Below, piece after piece: positions 28,311 to 38,485 of a stretch of DNA of 64,000 bases (its first letter is position 1; each line of letters begins with the position of its first letter). A program made the translations under genes and the position numbers. Under the pieces are notes generated by a model, which was given only the letters and a program-made list of their open reading frames with translations, had not been told where the DNA came from and made no database searches. This stretch comes from Candidatus Latescibacterota bacterium (lineage in GTDB: Bacteria; Latescibacterota; UBA2968; GCA-2709665): assembly GCA_965219995.1 (NCBI GenBank), contig CBDCOX010000002.1, positions 5,344,001 through 5,408,000 on the forward strand. Direction: 5' to 3'.

Positions 28311-30266
28311 CTATGTGGGAATGATGGGCAGCTCTACATGGGATGGATACTCACCGCCGTGATGGACGGTGATCGTGGCCCGGCGTCCCTCCGACTCGCG
28401 CACCGTGTCGCCCCCGGTGTTCATGTTGCGGTCGTAGGTCGGCAGGTTCGAACTCGTGATGTCCACGCGGATGCGGTGGCCGGGGCGGAAGTAGTTGGCG
28501 TAGACGAGCATGTCTATCTCGATCGGGTAGACCACGCCGGGTTCCATCAGGACCACCCTGTCGTAGCCCTCGCGATAGCGTAGCCGAAGGTAGCCTTCCT
28601 GCAGCGCGAACGCGCGGCCGTCGGGGTAGACGTCGTAGAGCTTCACGGACAGGTCCGTGTCCGGCACGTCCGTGGACACGTGGATCGTCGCGCGCATCTT
28701 GCCGGTGATCTCGATGCCTTCCGCAAGCGGTTCGCTCGTGTACACGAGGACGTCCGGCCGCTCCTGCACGTCCGAGAGATCGAAGCTGCCGCTGTGCACC
28801 GCGCGTACCGGCTCCAGGATCGGGTCGGCCGGATCGTAGACATAGGTGTCCGATCCGGCTTCGTCCGGCTCGGAAAAGACGACTCTCCCGGATTCCATGC
28901 TGCTGCCCGCCGCGCCACTGCTGGTGAGGAATAAGCGGGTCGGGGTGGTGCCTTCGATGGGCCAGACGTCCGAGGACTTCCACTCGTTCCGTCCGGGAAG
29001 GTAGTACTGGATTCTCGGTTTCCGGTCGAAGCCGTTGTCCACGCCCTTCAGGGTGTAGTCCCACCACCGGAGGTAGGTCCCCCAGATGTCCTTGCGCGCA
29101 TCGCCCATGTCCCTCTGGCCCGACACCGTCCGCGACGAAACGGACTCGATGTTGCAGTGCGCGAGCGGCGAGATGATCACGAACTGGTTGTCGCGCGCGT
29201 ACTGGCTCTCGGCCTTTTCGCTGAAGTGCCGGAACTGCAGGAACGTCTCGTTCACGCCGTAGTCGTGCCACGAGTTGACGTGCAGGGCCGCCGCGTCGAC
29301 CCGGGTGTCGTCCTCCAGGTAATCGCCGCCGTCCCACCAGGGATCCATGGGCTCGCGGGTGAGGTCCTCCCAGTCCGACGGGGGCGAATCGAGATGTTCG
29401 GCGATGTCGATCGAAGGCAGCACCAGCATGGCGTCGACGAAGTACTTGTTGAACAGCTCCGGGCTTTCCGCCATCGACAGCAGGTCGACGTTGAGGTTCG
29501 GGGCCGGGTCGTAGAAGTCGGCCACCCGCAGGAACTCCTCCCGCGAGAGCCGGCGCGACGGGCGGTAGAACAGGTTGGTGCCCGAAAAGTGCGCCCAGAG
29601 CGCCATCGTCAGGTTCGTGGCTCCGCCCCGCTTCCAGAGCTTGGCCATGGTGCCGCCCGCGGTGCCGTGACCGGTGGCGGCGGACTGCGGGACGATGGAG
29701 GTCAGCGCGGGATGCAGCGTCTGGGCCGCCTTGATCTGGTTGGCGCCCGGGATCGAGCAGCCGATCATGCTGCTCCGGCCGCTGAACCAGGGCTGTTCGC
29801 CGAACCAGTCGAGCGTGTCGGCGGCATCCTCGACGTCTCCGTTCAGCACCACGTAGTGGCCTTCCGATTCGAACTTCCCGCGCCGGTCCTGGACGGCGAA
29901 CACGTAACCGTGGCTCGCGTAGTAGTAGGCCTGGTTCGCGGCCGAGATGGGCGCGTCCGGGTCGGCGTTGCGCCGGCTGGCCTTGTCGTACGGGGTCCGT
30001 TCGAGAATGACGGGCAGCCTGCCCTTTGCTTCCACCGGGAATTCGACCGGGAAGTAGAGGTCCGTCGAGAGCCGCACGCCGTCGCGCATCGGAACGAAGT
30101 GGCTGCGCTCGAACCTGACTTCGTAGGGGCCCTTCCCGAACGGGACGGTCTCCGGCTCGGGCGGCGGACTCTCCGCGGCCGGCGTCTCCCCCTCCTGTTC
30201 CGCCGCGCAGCCAAAGATCGCCAACAGAGTCGTGCACAGCAACAGGTGCCGGATCAATGTTCTCAT
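28311..30266 (-). CDS. CocE/NonD family hydrolase, lipoprotein
   Basis: Start MRTLIRH with lipobox AIFGC; VPMRDGVRLSTD, ERTPY, QDRRGKFESEG, GCSIPG. Confidence 0.9.
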   Translation of the reverse strand: MRTLIRHLLLCTTLLAIFGCAAEQEGETPAAESPPPEPETVPFGKGPYEVRFERSHFVPMRDGVRLSTDLYFPVEFPVEAKGRLPVILERTPYDKASRRNADPDAPISAANQAYYYASHGYVFAVQDRRGKFESEGHYVVLNGDVEDAADTLDWFGEQPWFSGRSSMIGCSIPGANQIKAAQTLHPALTSIVPQSAATGHGTAGGTMAKLWKRGGATNLTMALWAHFSGTNLFYRPSRRLSREEFLRVADFYDPAPNLNVDLLSMAESPELFNKYFVDAMLVLPSIDIAEHLDSPPSDWEDLTREPMDPWWDGGDYLEDDTRVDAAALHVNSWHDYGVNETFLQFRHFSEKAESQYARDNQFVIISPLAHCNIESVSSRTVSGQRDMGDARKDIWGTYLRWWDYTLKGVDNGFDRKPRIQYYLPGRNEWKSSDVWPIEGTTPTRLFLTSSGAAGSSMESGRVVFSEPDEAGSDTYVYDPADPILEPVRAVHSGSFDLSDVQERPDVLVYTSEPLAEGIEITGKMRATIHVSTDVPDTDLSVKLYDVYPDGRAFALQEGYLRLRYREGYDRVVLMEPGVVYPIEIDMLVYANYFRPGHRIRVDITSSNLPTYDRNMNTGGDTVRESEGRRATITVHHGGEYPSHVELPIIPT

Positions 30267-30296
30267 TCGGGGTAGCGTGTCCAAGCGTGTCATCCA

Positions 30297-30535
30297 GAAA
30301 TCGTAGCCGGCTTCTACACCAAGCTGCCGCGGATAGTCCTGGGTAAAGGTGACGAGACCCATCGCCGGTGTCTGGGAGGAGCCTTCAGCCGGGGAAGCTC
30401 CCTCGGCCGCTGACGCGTAAGGAAGTGTCGGTGTTCCTCCCTTCGGCGGATGCGTACTTCCATGCAAGTAGACGGCGTCAGACTCTCCAAGCAGGTTCTT
30501 GCCGAACGCGTAGACGCCGATGTTGCCGATGCTGG
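30297..30535 (-). pseudogene. C-terminal remnant of a TonB-dependent receptor, interrupted in frame by the 96-bp element
   Basis: IGNIGVYAFGKNLLGESDAV [96 bp] QTPAMGLVTFTQDYPRQLGVEAGYDF; KNL...PRxxG...YxF is the TBDR C-terminal signature. Confidence 0.7.
30375..30470. repeat. 96-bp element, copy 3
   Basis: One mismatch versus 14903-14998; flanks unrelated. Confidence 0.9.
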
Positions 30536-30604
30536 CGCGCCCGGCCGGGGGCGCGCGGTTCGTCGAGCGCGACGACGGCGAGCTCGAACTGAGAACCGAT
30601 CTGC

Positions 30605-31558
30605 TCAGTTGCCTGGACGAAACACTTCGTCGAGCGTGTCGGCGTCGAGGACGTTGTCAGCCCAGATCTCGAGATCGGCGGCAGACGCCCGGCGCAGCCT
30701 TTCGGCGGCTTGGGGAGACAGGCGCCCGAACCGGCGCCGGAGTTGCCGTTCGAGGACCGCCCGCTCGCCCTCTACGCGGCCTTGACGGACGCCGCGTTCC
30801 ATGCCTTCCTGCCGACCCTCCTGCCTGCCTTCCTGCCTGGCCTCGTCACGGGCTCTCTCGATGACTCCTGCCATGACCCTGCTCTCCTCCGCGTAGCCGC
30901 TCTCGTAGCGCCGGTACTCGTCCTCGTCGAGTTCGGCGTAGACGTCGATGAACGTCATGTATTTTGCCCTCCTGTCCGGGTCCGGTTCCACCGCCTCCAG
31001 CCCCCGCACCGCGGCCGCGTAGGCGTCGACCCGGCGCCCGGCCGGGACGCGCATGTTCGGAAGGTTCACCAGCGCCGCCACGTTGCGGCTCTCGCGCCAG
31101 CGCTCGTAAGGCGTCGCGGCAAGCCGGAAGGCGAGGTGGTCGAACGTCAGGTAGGGGCGCCGCTCGGTGCCGAGCACCAACGCCGCCGCGCTCCCGGCCG
31201 GCGCCGTGCCGCGCAGGAAGATCGTCACCGGCACCACGCGGTCCGTCTCGTACAACTGCGCGATGTCCAGGCAGTAGTGCGCGAGGCGGTGCTGCGAGAA
31301 CCGCCGCGCCTCGGTCTCCTGCTCGACGACGAACAGCATCGCCTTGCGGCGGTCGTCGGCCCAGCGGACCAGCAGCGGTGCGTCGAGCTCGCGGAAGCGG
31401 TCGCCGAGGCGCTCCTTGAGCTGCTCCTGGCGCAGCGGCGTGATATCCACCTCGTCGTCCGGCGCCGGCGCCTCCTCGGGGGCAAAGAAGGCCAGCGCGT
31501 CGCGCGGGTAGTCAAGGATGAGGTTCTTGAAGTTCTGGTCGTGGCTGACGCTCGCCAT
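30605..31558 (-). CDS. Rpn/YhgA-like PD-(D/E)XK nuclease with DUF4351-type C-terminus
   Basis: SHDQNFKNLILDYP, RQEQLKERLGDRFRELD, VVEQET, (R/Q)EG repeats, VLERQLRRRFG...LE.WADNVLDA.TLDEVF. Confidence 0.85.
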   Translation of the reverse strand: MASVSHDQNFKNLILDYPRDALAFFAPEEAPAPDDEVDITPLRQEQLKERLGDRFRELDAPLLVRWADDRRKAMLFVVEQETEARRFSQHRLAHYCLDIAQLYETDRVVPVTIFLRGTAPAGSAAALVLGTERRPYLTFDHLAFRLAATPYERWRESRNVAALVNLPNMRVPAGRRVDAYAAAVRGLEAVEPDPDRRAKYMTFIDVYAELDEDEYRRYESGYAEESRVMAGVIERARDEARQEGRQEGRQEGMERGVRQGRVEGERAVLERQLRRRFGRLSPQAAERLRRASAADLEIWADNVLDADTLDEVFRPGN

Positions 31559-31816
31559 GGCTGCGCCCGGTGCTTTTTTCTGGCCAAAGGATGGGCCGGA
31601 GCGGGGCGGCCGCGCTACGGCAGATCGTCTACATGGCGACGGGCCGATCTCCCACGACCGCGGGGGGCGCTGGACTACACGGGCTCGCGGTTGGCGGCCT
31701 GGGGACGGCGTCCGTCTATGGCACCGGAGCCATCTTGGCAACGCGCCGGGCGATCGTCGCTCCTGCCGGCCGCCAGCCGGCAGCGCCCGCCGCGGGCGGA
31801 AACGGCGCGGAGCCGG

Positions 31817-33895
31817 TCAGTCCCCCGCTTCCGGCGCGTGCTTCCCGAACCACCCGAGCAGCGTCGTCATCTTCGACATCGCGTGGCTCGGCCGCGCCAC
31901 GATGCCGTGCGCCTCGCCCGGAACGCGCACCAGGACGGTCTCCACGCCCTGCAGCTTGAGCGCCTTGTAGTACTGCTCGGACTCGGACATCGGCGTGCGC
32001 CAGTCTTCCTCGCCGGTCATGATGAGCGTCGGCGTCTTCACGTTCTCCGACACCCGGAGCAGGGAGCGCGCCTCATAGTTGTCCCGGTGGCGCCAGGGCA
32101 GTCCCGGCACCCAGTAGTCGAGGAACATGCCGGACAGGTCCGCCGTGAAGACGAAGCTCTCCCAGTTGATCACCGGGTAGAACGCAACCGCCGCGCGGAA
32201 GCGGTCGGTGTTGCCGATCATCCAGGCCGTCAGCACCCCGCCGCCGCTGCCGCCGGTCACGTACAGCCGGTCCTCGTCGACGAAACCCATGCCGATGACG
32301 TGGTCCACCGCCGAGTCCAGGTCGTGGAAGTCGTCTCCCGGGTAGGCGTGGTGGATGAGGTTCCCGAACTCCTCGCCGTAGCTGATGCTGCCGCGGGGGT
32401 TGGTGTACAGCACGACGTAGCCGGCGGCGGCCATGAGCTGCTTCTCCGTGTCGAAGACGTCGCCGTAGTCCGCGAACGGGCCGCCGTGAATCTCCAGGAT
32501 CAGCGGGTACTTTCGCGAGGCGTCGAACCCGGGAGGCTTGATGATCCAGCCCTGCACCGGGCGGCCGTCCTTCGACGAGTTCCACCGCAACTCCTCCACC
32601 GCGCCGAGTTCGCGCTCGCCGAACAGGTCCGCGTTCAGGTCGGTGAGCACGCGTCCGGACTCGCCCGGGTCGGCGACGGCGACATCGCCCGGCATGACGG
32701 GACCAGGCACCGTGTACGCCAGCCGGCCCTGGTCGCTGATCGACCAGAGGGTGTTGTGGCTGATGTAGCCCGTCTCGCCGCTGCCGATGTCGGGCGCGGC
32801 GACGCGGTGGCCGCCGTCCAGGGAGAACAGCACGAGCCGGGCGTTGCCCTCGTCGTGCACGACGGCGTAGACGCCGCTGCCGTCCGGCGACCATTGCGGC
32901 CCGCCCCCGCCGCGGCGCGCGGAGTCCTGAACATGGCGGTCATAGTCTCCGGTCAGGGTCCTGACGTTGGAGCCGTCGCGGTCCGCCACGTACAGGTCGT
33001 TCTGCTGATGCCCCTGGCGGGCGTCGTCGAAACCCACGTAGGCGATGTGCCTGCCGTCCGGCGATACCGTCGCGGCCACGTCGGGCCCCTCGCGGTCGAT
33101 GAGCCGGCGGGGCGAACCGTCGGCCAGCGCGACCTCGTGGACATCCGGATTCCCGACCGCGTAGATCTCGGCGCCTTCGGTCAGGTCCGCCGCGACGATC
33201 AGCGACTCGCCTTCCGGCGCCCAGGCGAAGCTGCCGGCGCCGAACTGCCGTTCCCCGTGCGTCACCTGGCGCGGGGTACCGCCATCGGCCGCCACGACGA
33301 AAAGGTGCATGTAGCCGGGCGGGACTTCGCCGACCTGGTCGAAGCGGAACGCCAGCCGGTCCGTGTACTTCGGCGGCGGCGCCCAATCGGTGCCCTCGGG
33401 GGCCGGCGGCATCTCGCCGATGACCAGCGGCGGTTCCGGGACGAGGCGCGCGAACGCGATGCGGCCGCCGTCCGGCGACCAGGCGAAACCGCCGGGCGGC
33501 ACGGCATGGCTCGTGATGGCCACGGTATCGCCCGTGTCCATCCAGCGCACGTGAATCTGCGCGCTGCCGCTCTCGTCCGACCGGTACGCCAGCCGGCGCC
33601 CGTCCGGCGACCAGCGGGGCGAGTTGGCCGTGTGCTTCCCTGCGTTCAGCGGCCGGTGGTTCGTTCCGTCCGCATCGATCATCCAGAGGTTCTGGTAGCG
33701 GCGGTCGGTCATCACGTCGTTGAAGTGGCGGACGTAGACCACCTGCTCGCCGTTCGGGGAGATCTGCGCGTCGGTGGCGTACTCCAGTTCGAAGACGTCC
33801 ATCACGTCCAGCGGCTGCGCGGCATGCGCCGCCACGGCGAAGATGGGGAGCGCGAGGGTCGTTCGGAGCATGCCGTTCCTCTCCCGACGGCTCAA
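31817..33895 (-). CDS. S9C acylaminoacyl-peptidase-like prolyl oligopeptidase
   Basis: PD40-like WSPDG repeats, IHGGP, NPRGS, GGSGGG, EEDWRTP, EAHGI. Confidence 0.92.
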   Translation of the reverse strand: MSRRERNGMLRTTLALPIFAVAAHAAQPLDVMDVFELEYATDAQISPNGEQVVYVRHFNDVMTDRRYQNLWMIDADGTNHRPLNAGKHTANSPRWSPDGRRLAYRSDESGSAQIHVRWMDTGDTVAITSHAVPPGGFAWSPDGGRIAFARLVPEPPLVIGEMPPAPEGTDWAPPPKYTDRLAFRFDQVGEVPPGYMHLFVVAADGGTPRQVTHGERQFGAGSFAWAPEGESLIVAADLTEGAEIYAVGNPDVHEVALADGSPRRLIDREGPDVAATVSPDGRHIAYVGFDDARQGHQQNDLYVADRDGSNVRTLTGDYDRHVQDSARRGGGGPQWSPDGSGVYAVVHDEGNARLVLFSLDGGHRVAAPDIGSGETGYISHNTLWSISDQGRLAYTVPGPVMPGDVAVADPGESGRVLTDLNADLFGERELGAVEELRWNSSKDGRPVQGWIIKPPGFDASRKYPLILEIHGGPFADYGDVFDTEKQLMAAAGYVVLYTNPRGSISYGEEFGNLIHHAYPGDDFHDLDSAVDHVIGMGFVDEDRLYVTGGSGGGVLTAWMIGNTDRFRAAVAFYPVINWESFVFTADLSGMFLDYWVPGLPWRHRDNYEARSLLRVSENVKTPTLIMTGEEDWRTPMSESEQYYKALKLQGVETVLVRVPGEAHGIVARPSHAMSKMTTLLGWFGKHAPEAGD

Positions 33896-35721
33896 TCCCG
33901 GCTCATGTACCGGTCGACATGCGCCTCCAGCACCGGCAGGGGCATGGCGCCGCTGCCGAGGACCGCGGCGTGGAAGGTGCGGACGTCGAACGCGTCGCCC
34001 AGCTTCGCCTCCTGCGCGGCGCGGATCTCCCGGATCTTCTCGAGGCCGAGCTTGTAGGCCAGCGCCTGGGCCGGCATGTCGGTGGAGTAGCGCAGGGTCT
34101 CCGTGGCGATCTCCTCCTCGCTGGAGAAGGTGTTCGCCCGCATGTACGCCATCGCCCTTTCCCGCGACCAGCCGAGGTGATTCATGCCGGTGTCCACCAC
34201 CAGCCGGTTGGCGATGAAGGCATCGAAGAGCAGCCAGCCGTAGCGCTCGTAGGGCTCGTCCAGGATGCCCATCCCCAGGGTGAGGCTAGCGGCATAGTTG
34301 GCCCAACCCTCGGTGTAGGCCGCATAGAAGAGGCTCGAGAGCTGCCGGAGCCTGGTGCTCGCCTCGGTCTCCAGTTGCAGGGCGATGTGGAAATGGTGGC
34401 CCGGGACCAGTTCATGGAAGATGAGCGGCCCGGTCCAGACCATCGGCCGGCTCTCGAGCTTCGAGCCGTTGAAGCGGTACTCGCCGCGCGGATTCGCCGG
34501 GGTCGGCGTCTGGTAGTAGCCGAAGGTCATGCCCGGCTCCGCCGCCGGGTCCAGCCGCCGGACGCCGTAGGGGGCCTCCGGCAGCACCGAGAAGTAGTCC
34601 GGGATGTGCGGTTCCACCTCGCGGATGTAGGCCATGTAACGTTCCGCGACCTCCTCGGGGGTCTCCGCGAAGAAGCGGGGGTCGGCGCGCATCTGCTCGT
34701 GAAACTCCTCCGCCGTGCCCTCGAACCCCAACTCGTCCCGGATGGCCTGCATCTGCTGCTGGATGTCCGCCATGTAGGCGAGGCCGCGCTCGTGGATGTC
34801 CGCGGGATCGAGGTCCAGGGTGGTCTGCTGCAGGATGGCGAACCGGTAGGCCGCCTCGCCGCCCGGGTACTGGGCGAGGCCCACCGCCTCGGGCGCCCGC
34901 GCCATGTAGTCGTCGCCCAGGTACGCGAGCAGGGCGTCGATGGCCGGGAGGATCCGTTCGGAGACGGCCGTTTCGATGCCCGCGTTCAAGGCGGCGCGCT
35001 CCTCCTCCGAGAGGGCCGAGGCACGCTCGGGAGCCACCGCCGCCAGGGGGCCAATGCCGGCGCGCAGCGCTTCGAACACCGTCCTGGCCCCGGGGATGGC
35101 GGGCTTCGGCAGCAGGATGCCCCGCTCCTCCTGGCCCTGCAGCCGCGTCAGGTCGTCCGTGACGTAACGCCCGAGATCGGCCAGCAGGCCGAGGTAGGCC
35201 GCGGCGTCCTCTTCCGTCTCGAAGGTGTAGCCGGCCAGCGCCCGGGGCAGCATCGAACTGAAGACGAAGCCCCCCGCGTAGGGCGTGACATTGAACTTGT
35301 GCCAGAAGTGCGCCGGGGCCTCGGTGGCGGCCTGCAGCACGCTTAGGAGAATCGCGTGGGTAATCCGGTCGTCGTCGCTCAACAGCGACACGTCGATCGC
35401 GCGCAGTTCCTCGAGGGCGGCCGCGGCCTTCGCCGCCTCCCGCTCGACGTGGGCGAAGCTGTTGTCGTCCATCGCCGCGACGCGCCGCCCCTCGAGCATC
35501 TGCAGCGAGGCCGATGCGTCGATCAGGTCCGACATGGTCCGGTCCGCGAGCGCCAGCACCGTGGCCGACGCGTCCGCCTCAGCCGAAGCACTTGCCTCGG
35601 AAGCCGGCGTCTCCGTCACCGCCTCCGGCGCATCGCCCTGCTCCGCACAGCCCCACAGGAGCAGCGCGCCCAGTATCGCCAGGGCCGGGGCCACATGGCG
35701 TCGCAGTGTTTCCTTCATCAT
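33892..35721 (-). CDS. DUF885 family lipoprotein (putative metallopeptidase)
   Basis: Lipobox LLWGC; HELVPGHHFH, EGWANYA, RLVVDTGMN, PAQALAYKLG, FHAAVLGSG. Confidence 0.92.
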   Translation of the reverse strand: MMKETLRRHVAPALAILGALLLWGCAEQGDAPEAVTETPASEASASAEADASATVLALADRTMSDLIDASASLQMLEGRRVAAMDDNSFAHVEREAAKAAAALEELRAIDVSLLSDDDRITHAILLSVLQAATEAPAHFWHKFNVTPYAGGFVFSSMLPRALAGYTFETEEDAAAYLGLLADLGRYVTDDLTRLQGQEERGILLPKPAIPGARTVFEALRAGIGPLAAVAPERASALSEEERAALNAGIETAVSERILPAIDALLAYLGDDYMARAPEAVGLAQYPGGEAAYRFAILQQTTLDLDPADIHERGLAYMADIQQQMQAIRDELGFEGTAEEFHEQMRADPRFFAETPEEVAERYMAYIREVEPHIPDYFSVLPEAPYGVRRLDPAAEPGMTFGYYQTPTPANPRGEYRFNGSKLESRPMVWTGPLIFHELVPGHHFHIALQLETEASTRLRQLSSLFYAAYTEGWANYAASLTLGMGILDEPYERYGWLLFDAFIANRLVVDTGMNHLGWSRERAMAYMRANTFSSEEEIATETLRYSTDMPAQALAYKLGLEKIREIRAAQEAKLGDAFDVRTFHAAVLGSGAMPLPVLEAHVDRYMSRD

Positions 35722-35848
35722 TTCTCCAGCCGGCGTCGGGTCCGGGCACGCATCATAGGCGCGCATCAGAACGGGTGGACGCACCGCCGGCGGACGAACC
35801 CCAATCCGCGGATTGAGGACAGGCCCCCGCCCATGCGTCGAGGGGTCC

Positions 35849-37141
35849 ATGGCCGAAGCAACCACCTCTCCCCCCGCCGTCCAGCCGAAGATGGCGGTAT
35901 CCGACGGATACCTGAACTACGTCCTGTTCATGCTGGCCGTGGTGGCCTTCTTCAACTACCTCGACCGCATGGTGCTGTCGATGCTGGTGGAGCCCATCAA
36001 GGCCGACCTCGGCTTCAGCGACACCCAACTCGGACTCCTGACCGGCTTCGCCTTCGCGCTCTTCTACGCCACGTTCGGCATTCCCATCGCCCGGCTCGCC
36101 GACACCCGCTCGCGGGTCACGATCCTCTCGGTCTGCATGGCCCTGTGGAGCGCGATGACCGCCGCCTGCGGACTGGCGCAGAACTTCGTGCACATGCTGC
36201 TGGCGCGCGTCGGCGTGGGCGTCGGCGAAGCCGGCTGCGTTCCGTCGAGCCACAGCCTGCTCACGGACTACGTGCCGGTGGAGAAGCGGGCGCTCGCGCT
36301 CGGCATCTTCCAGACGGGCGGCGCCGTCGGCATCATGGTGGGACTGATCCTGGCGGGCTGGCTCGCGGACGCGTACGGATGGCGTGCCACTTTCTTTATT
36401 GTCGGCATCCCCGGCGTCGTGCTCGCGGTCGTCGCGAAGCTCACGGTCAAGGACCCGCCCCGGGGCAACTTCTCCGACGCGCCGGAACCCGAGGCGCAGT
36501 CGTTCGGCGTAGCCGTTGCCAGCCTGGTGCGCCGCAGGACCTTCCGCCAGATCGTCATCGCCTATTCCCTGGGACTGTTCGGCGTCTACGGCATCGCCCA
36601 GTGGACGCCGGCCTTCTTCATCCGGGTGCACGAGATGACGCTTACCGAAGTGGGCTGGGGCGTCGGCATCGCCAGTGGACTGGGCGGCGTGATCGGCACC
36701 TTCATCGGTGCGGTGCTCGCGCCCCGTTACATCGCCCGGGACCGGCGCTGGGAGGTGTGGTGGCCCGCCTGGGCGTTCCTCGCCTGCATTCCCACCTACG
36801 CCATCGCCTTCCTGGCCGGCGACGTGCTCACCTCCTTTGTGCTGGTGTTCGTGGCTTCCGTGATCGCCGGAACGAGCATCGCCCCCGGGATGGCGAGCGT
36901 GCAGTCGGTCGCCGAACCGCACCAGCGCGCCACCGCCGTGGCCATCGTGATGTTCTGTTCCGCCATCCTCGGCCAGGGGCTCGGGCCCACGGCCATCGGC
37001 ATCACCTCGGACATCCTGACGCCCTCGCTCGGCAGCGACGGGCTCCGCTGGGCGCTGGTGTTCTCGCTGGTGCTGTTCGGGTGGTCCTGGGTGCACTTCA
37101 TGATCGCGGCGCGGACGGCGCATGGCGACCGGATTTCGTGA
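35849..37141 (+). CDS. MFS transporter, spinster family
   Basis: NYLDRMVLSMLVEPIKADLGFSDTQLGLL.G.AFALFYA..GIPIARLAD, RVGVGVGEAG. Confidence 0.92.
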   Translation: MAEATTSPPAVQPKMAVSDGYLNYVLFMLAVVAFFNYLDRMVLSMLVEPIKADLGFSDTQLGLLTGFAFALFYATFGIPIARLADTRSRVTILSVCMALWSAMTAACGLAQNFVHMLLARVGVGVGEAGCVPSSHSLLTDYVPVEKRALALGIFQTGGAVGIMVGLILAGWLADAYGWRATFFIVGIPGVVLAVVAKLTVKDPPRGNFSDAPEPEAQSFGVAVASLVRRRTFRQIVIAYSLGLFGVYGIAQWTPAFFIRVHEMTLTEVGWGVGIASGLGGVIGTFIGAVLAPRYIARDRRWEVWWPAWAFLACIPTYAIAFLAGDVLTSFVLVFVASVIAGTSIAPGMASVQSVAEPHQRATAVAIVMFCSAILGQGLGPTAIGITSDILTPSLGSDGLRWALVFSLVLFGWSWVHFMIAARTAHGDRIS

Positions 37142-37366
37142 CCTTGGCGGTGGGGGGAATGTGTCTTGTCCGGGCGCTGGGCGTGCACGCCACTTATGGT
37201 GGTACTACAGCTCGATAGGTTTCTGCGGGCGGTGGTGGCTGCCGGCATCAGCGAGTGCACGTTGCGTGCTCCATCTCTAACCGCACACTCTCAAGCGACT
37301 GGCTGACCGCGCTACGGTTTCCCGCCCGAGGCTTGCGGCGTGTAGCGTGCCGCGTTACGGTGGGTC

Positions 37367-37639
37367 ATGCGAATCAGGCACAGGGGACTACGGGAGCTGC
37401 ACGAGCGAGGCAATCCCGCACGACTGCCGGCCGAGCTGGTGCCCCGGCTTCGGCGCATCCTGTTCCGTCTGCAGGAGGCGACGCATCCGGGAAGCGCCAA
37501 CGCGCCGGGTTTCCGGCTGCATCCCCTGAAGGGCGACCGCTCGGGCCAATGGAGCGTTCGCGTCTCGGGGAACTGGCGTGTGGTCTTCCGTTTCAAGGAT
37601 CGCGAAGCGGTGGATGTGGACCTGATCGACTATCACTGA
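37367..37639 (+). CDS. higB: HigB-like (plasmid maintenance killer) toxin
   Basis: RHRGLRELH...PGFRLHPLKGDRSGQWSVRVSGNWRVVFRF...VDLIDYH. Confidence 0.9.
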   Translation: MRIRHRGLRELHERGNPARLPAELVPRLRRILFRLQEATHPGSANAPGFRLHPLKGDRSGQWSVRVSGNWRVVFRFKDREAVDVDLIDYH

Positions 37640-37656
37640 CCAAGAGAATGCTGACG

Positions 37657-37971
37657 ATGAACGACATTGCAGGCGACCGCGTCGGCCCGATGCTGAATCC
37701 GCCGCACCTGGGCGAACTGATCCGCGAGAGCATGGACGAGGAGGGTTGGAACGTGACCGACACGGCGGCCCGGCTCGGGTGCGAGCGTGGCACGCTGTCG
37801 AGGGTGCTGAACGGCAAGGCAGGCGTGTCGGCGAACATGGCGCTGGCGCTGGAGGATCTCGGCTGGGGCACAGCCGATCACTGGATGCGGATGCAGGCGA
37901 GCTACGAGCTGGCGCTGGCGCGCCGGTCCAGGGGATCGGCCGAGGGGCGCGGCGCGGCCTTGCAGGCATGA
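37657..37971 (+). CDS. higA: HigA-family antitoxin
   Basis: MLNPPHLGELIRE...AARLG..R.TLSRVLNGKAGVSANMALAL...GTADHWMRMQASYEL. Confidence 0.9.
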   Translation: MNDIAGDRVGPMLNPPHLGELIRESMDEEGWNVTDTAARLGCERGTLSRVLNGKAGVSANMALALEDLGWGTADHWMRMQASYELALARRSRGSAEGRGAALQA

Positions 37972-38110
37972 TCCTGCCGCCCGCCAATGCGCGGGGGCCG
38001 GACACCGTGCCGAACGCGGGCGGCGCGAACTGATGGGGCTGTTCGGCTGTAGTGTCGCAGGACGCAACGTTGGGCAGAGAGTGGGACTCTCGACCGTCTG
38101 GAGGCGTGCC

Positions 38111-38485
38111 ATGGAAGGTAGCGCCCTGAACTTCCTGGGCCTCGGTTTGGGCCTGATGCTGGGGTGGGCCGCCTTCCTGTCACCTGCCGGGGTGATGTCA
38201 CTGTCCCCGGCCTACCACGAAGATCGACGCCAGCAACGCTTGGCGGAGTGCATGCAAGGTGCGCGTGAACTGAAACTCGCAGACGCGTGCCGGTGGGTGT
38301 TTGATACCAAGTACATCGAGGCCAGGCGAGCCGAGGCGGCTGAAGAGGCCAGAGAGCGGGCTGAACGAAAAGCCCGTGCGGCGACGGCTGTCTGGTCACC
38401 ACTTTCGCCAGAAGAATGCGCCCGGATAGCGCGAGGTGAGGTGTTCGACCCTTTTCTCGGACTTAGGTGCGAGGACAGCCCATGA
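38111..38485 (+). CDS. Hypothetical membrane-anchored protein
   Basis: ATG with GGAGG upstream; one hydrophobic segment then charged Cys-containing tail. Confidence 0.55.
   Translation: MEGSALNFLGLGLGLMLGWAAFLSPAGVMSLSPAYHEDRRQQRLAECMQGARELKLADACRWVFDTKYIEARRAEAAEEARERAERKARAATAVWSPLSPEECARIARGEVFDPFLGLRCEDSP

Noticed and set aside
30267-30467. 67-aa N-terminal extension of CocE
   Set aside because: Made of the 96-bp element plus TBDR tail; lipoprotein signal starts at 30266
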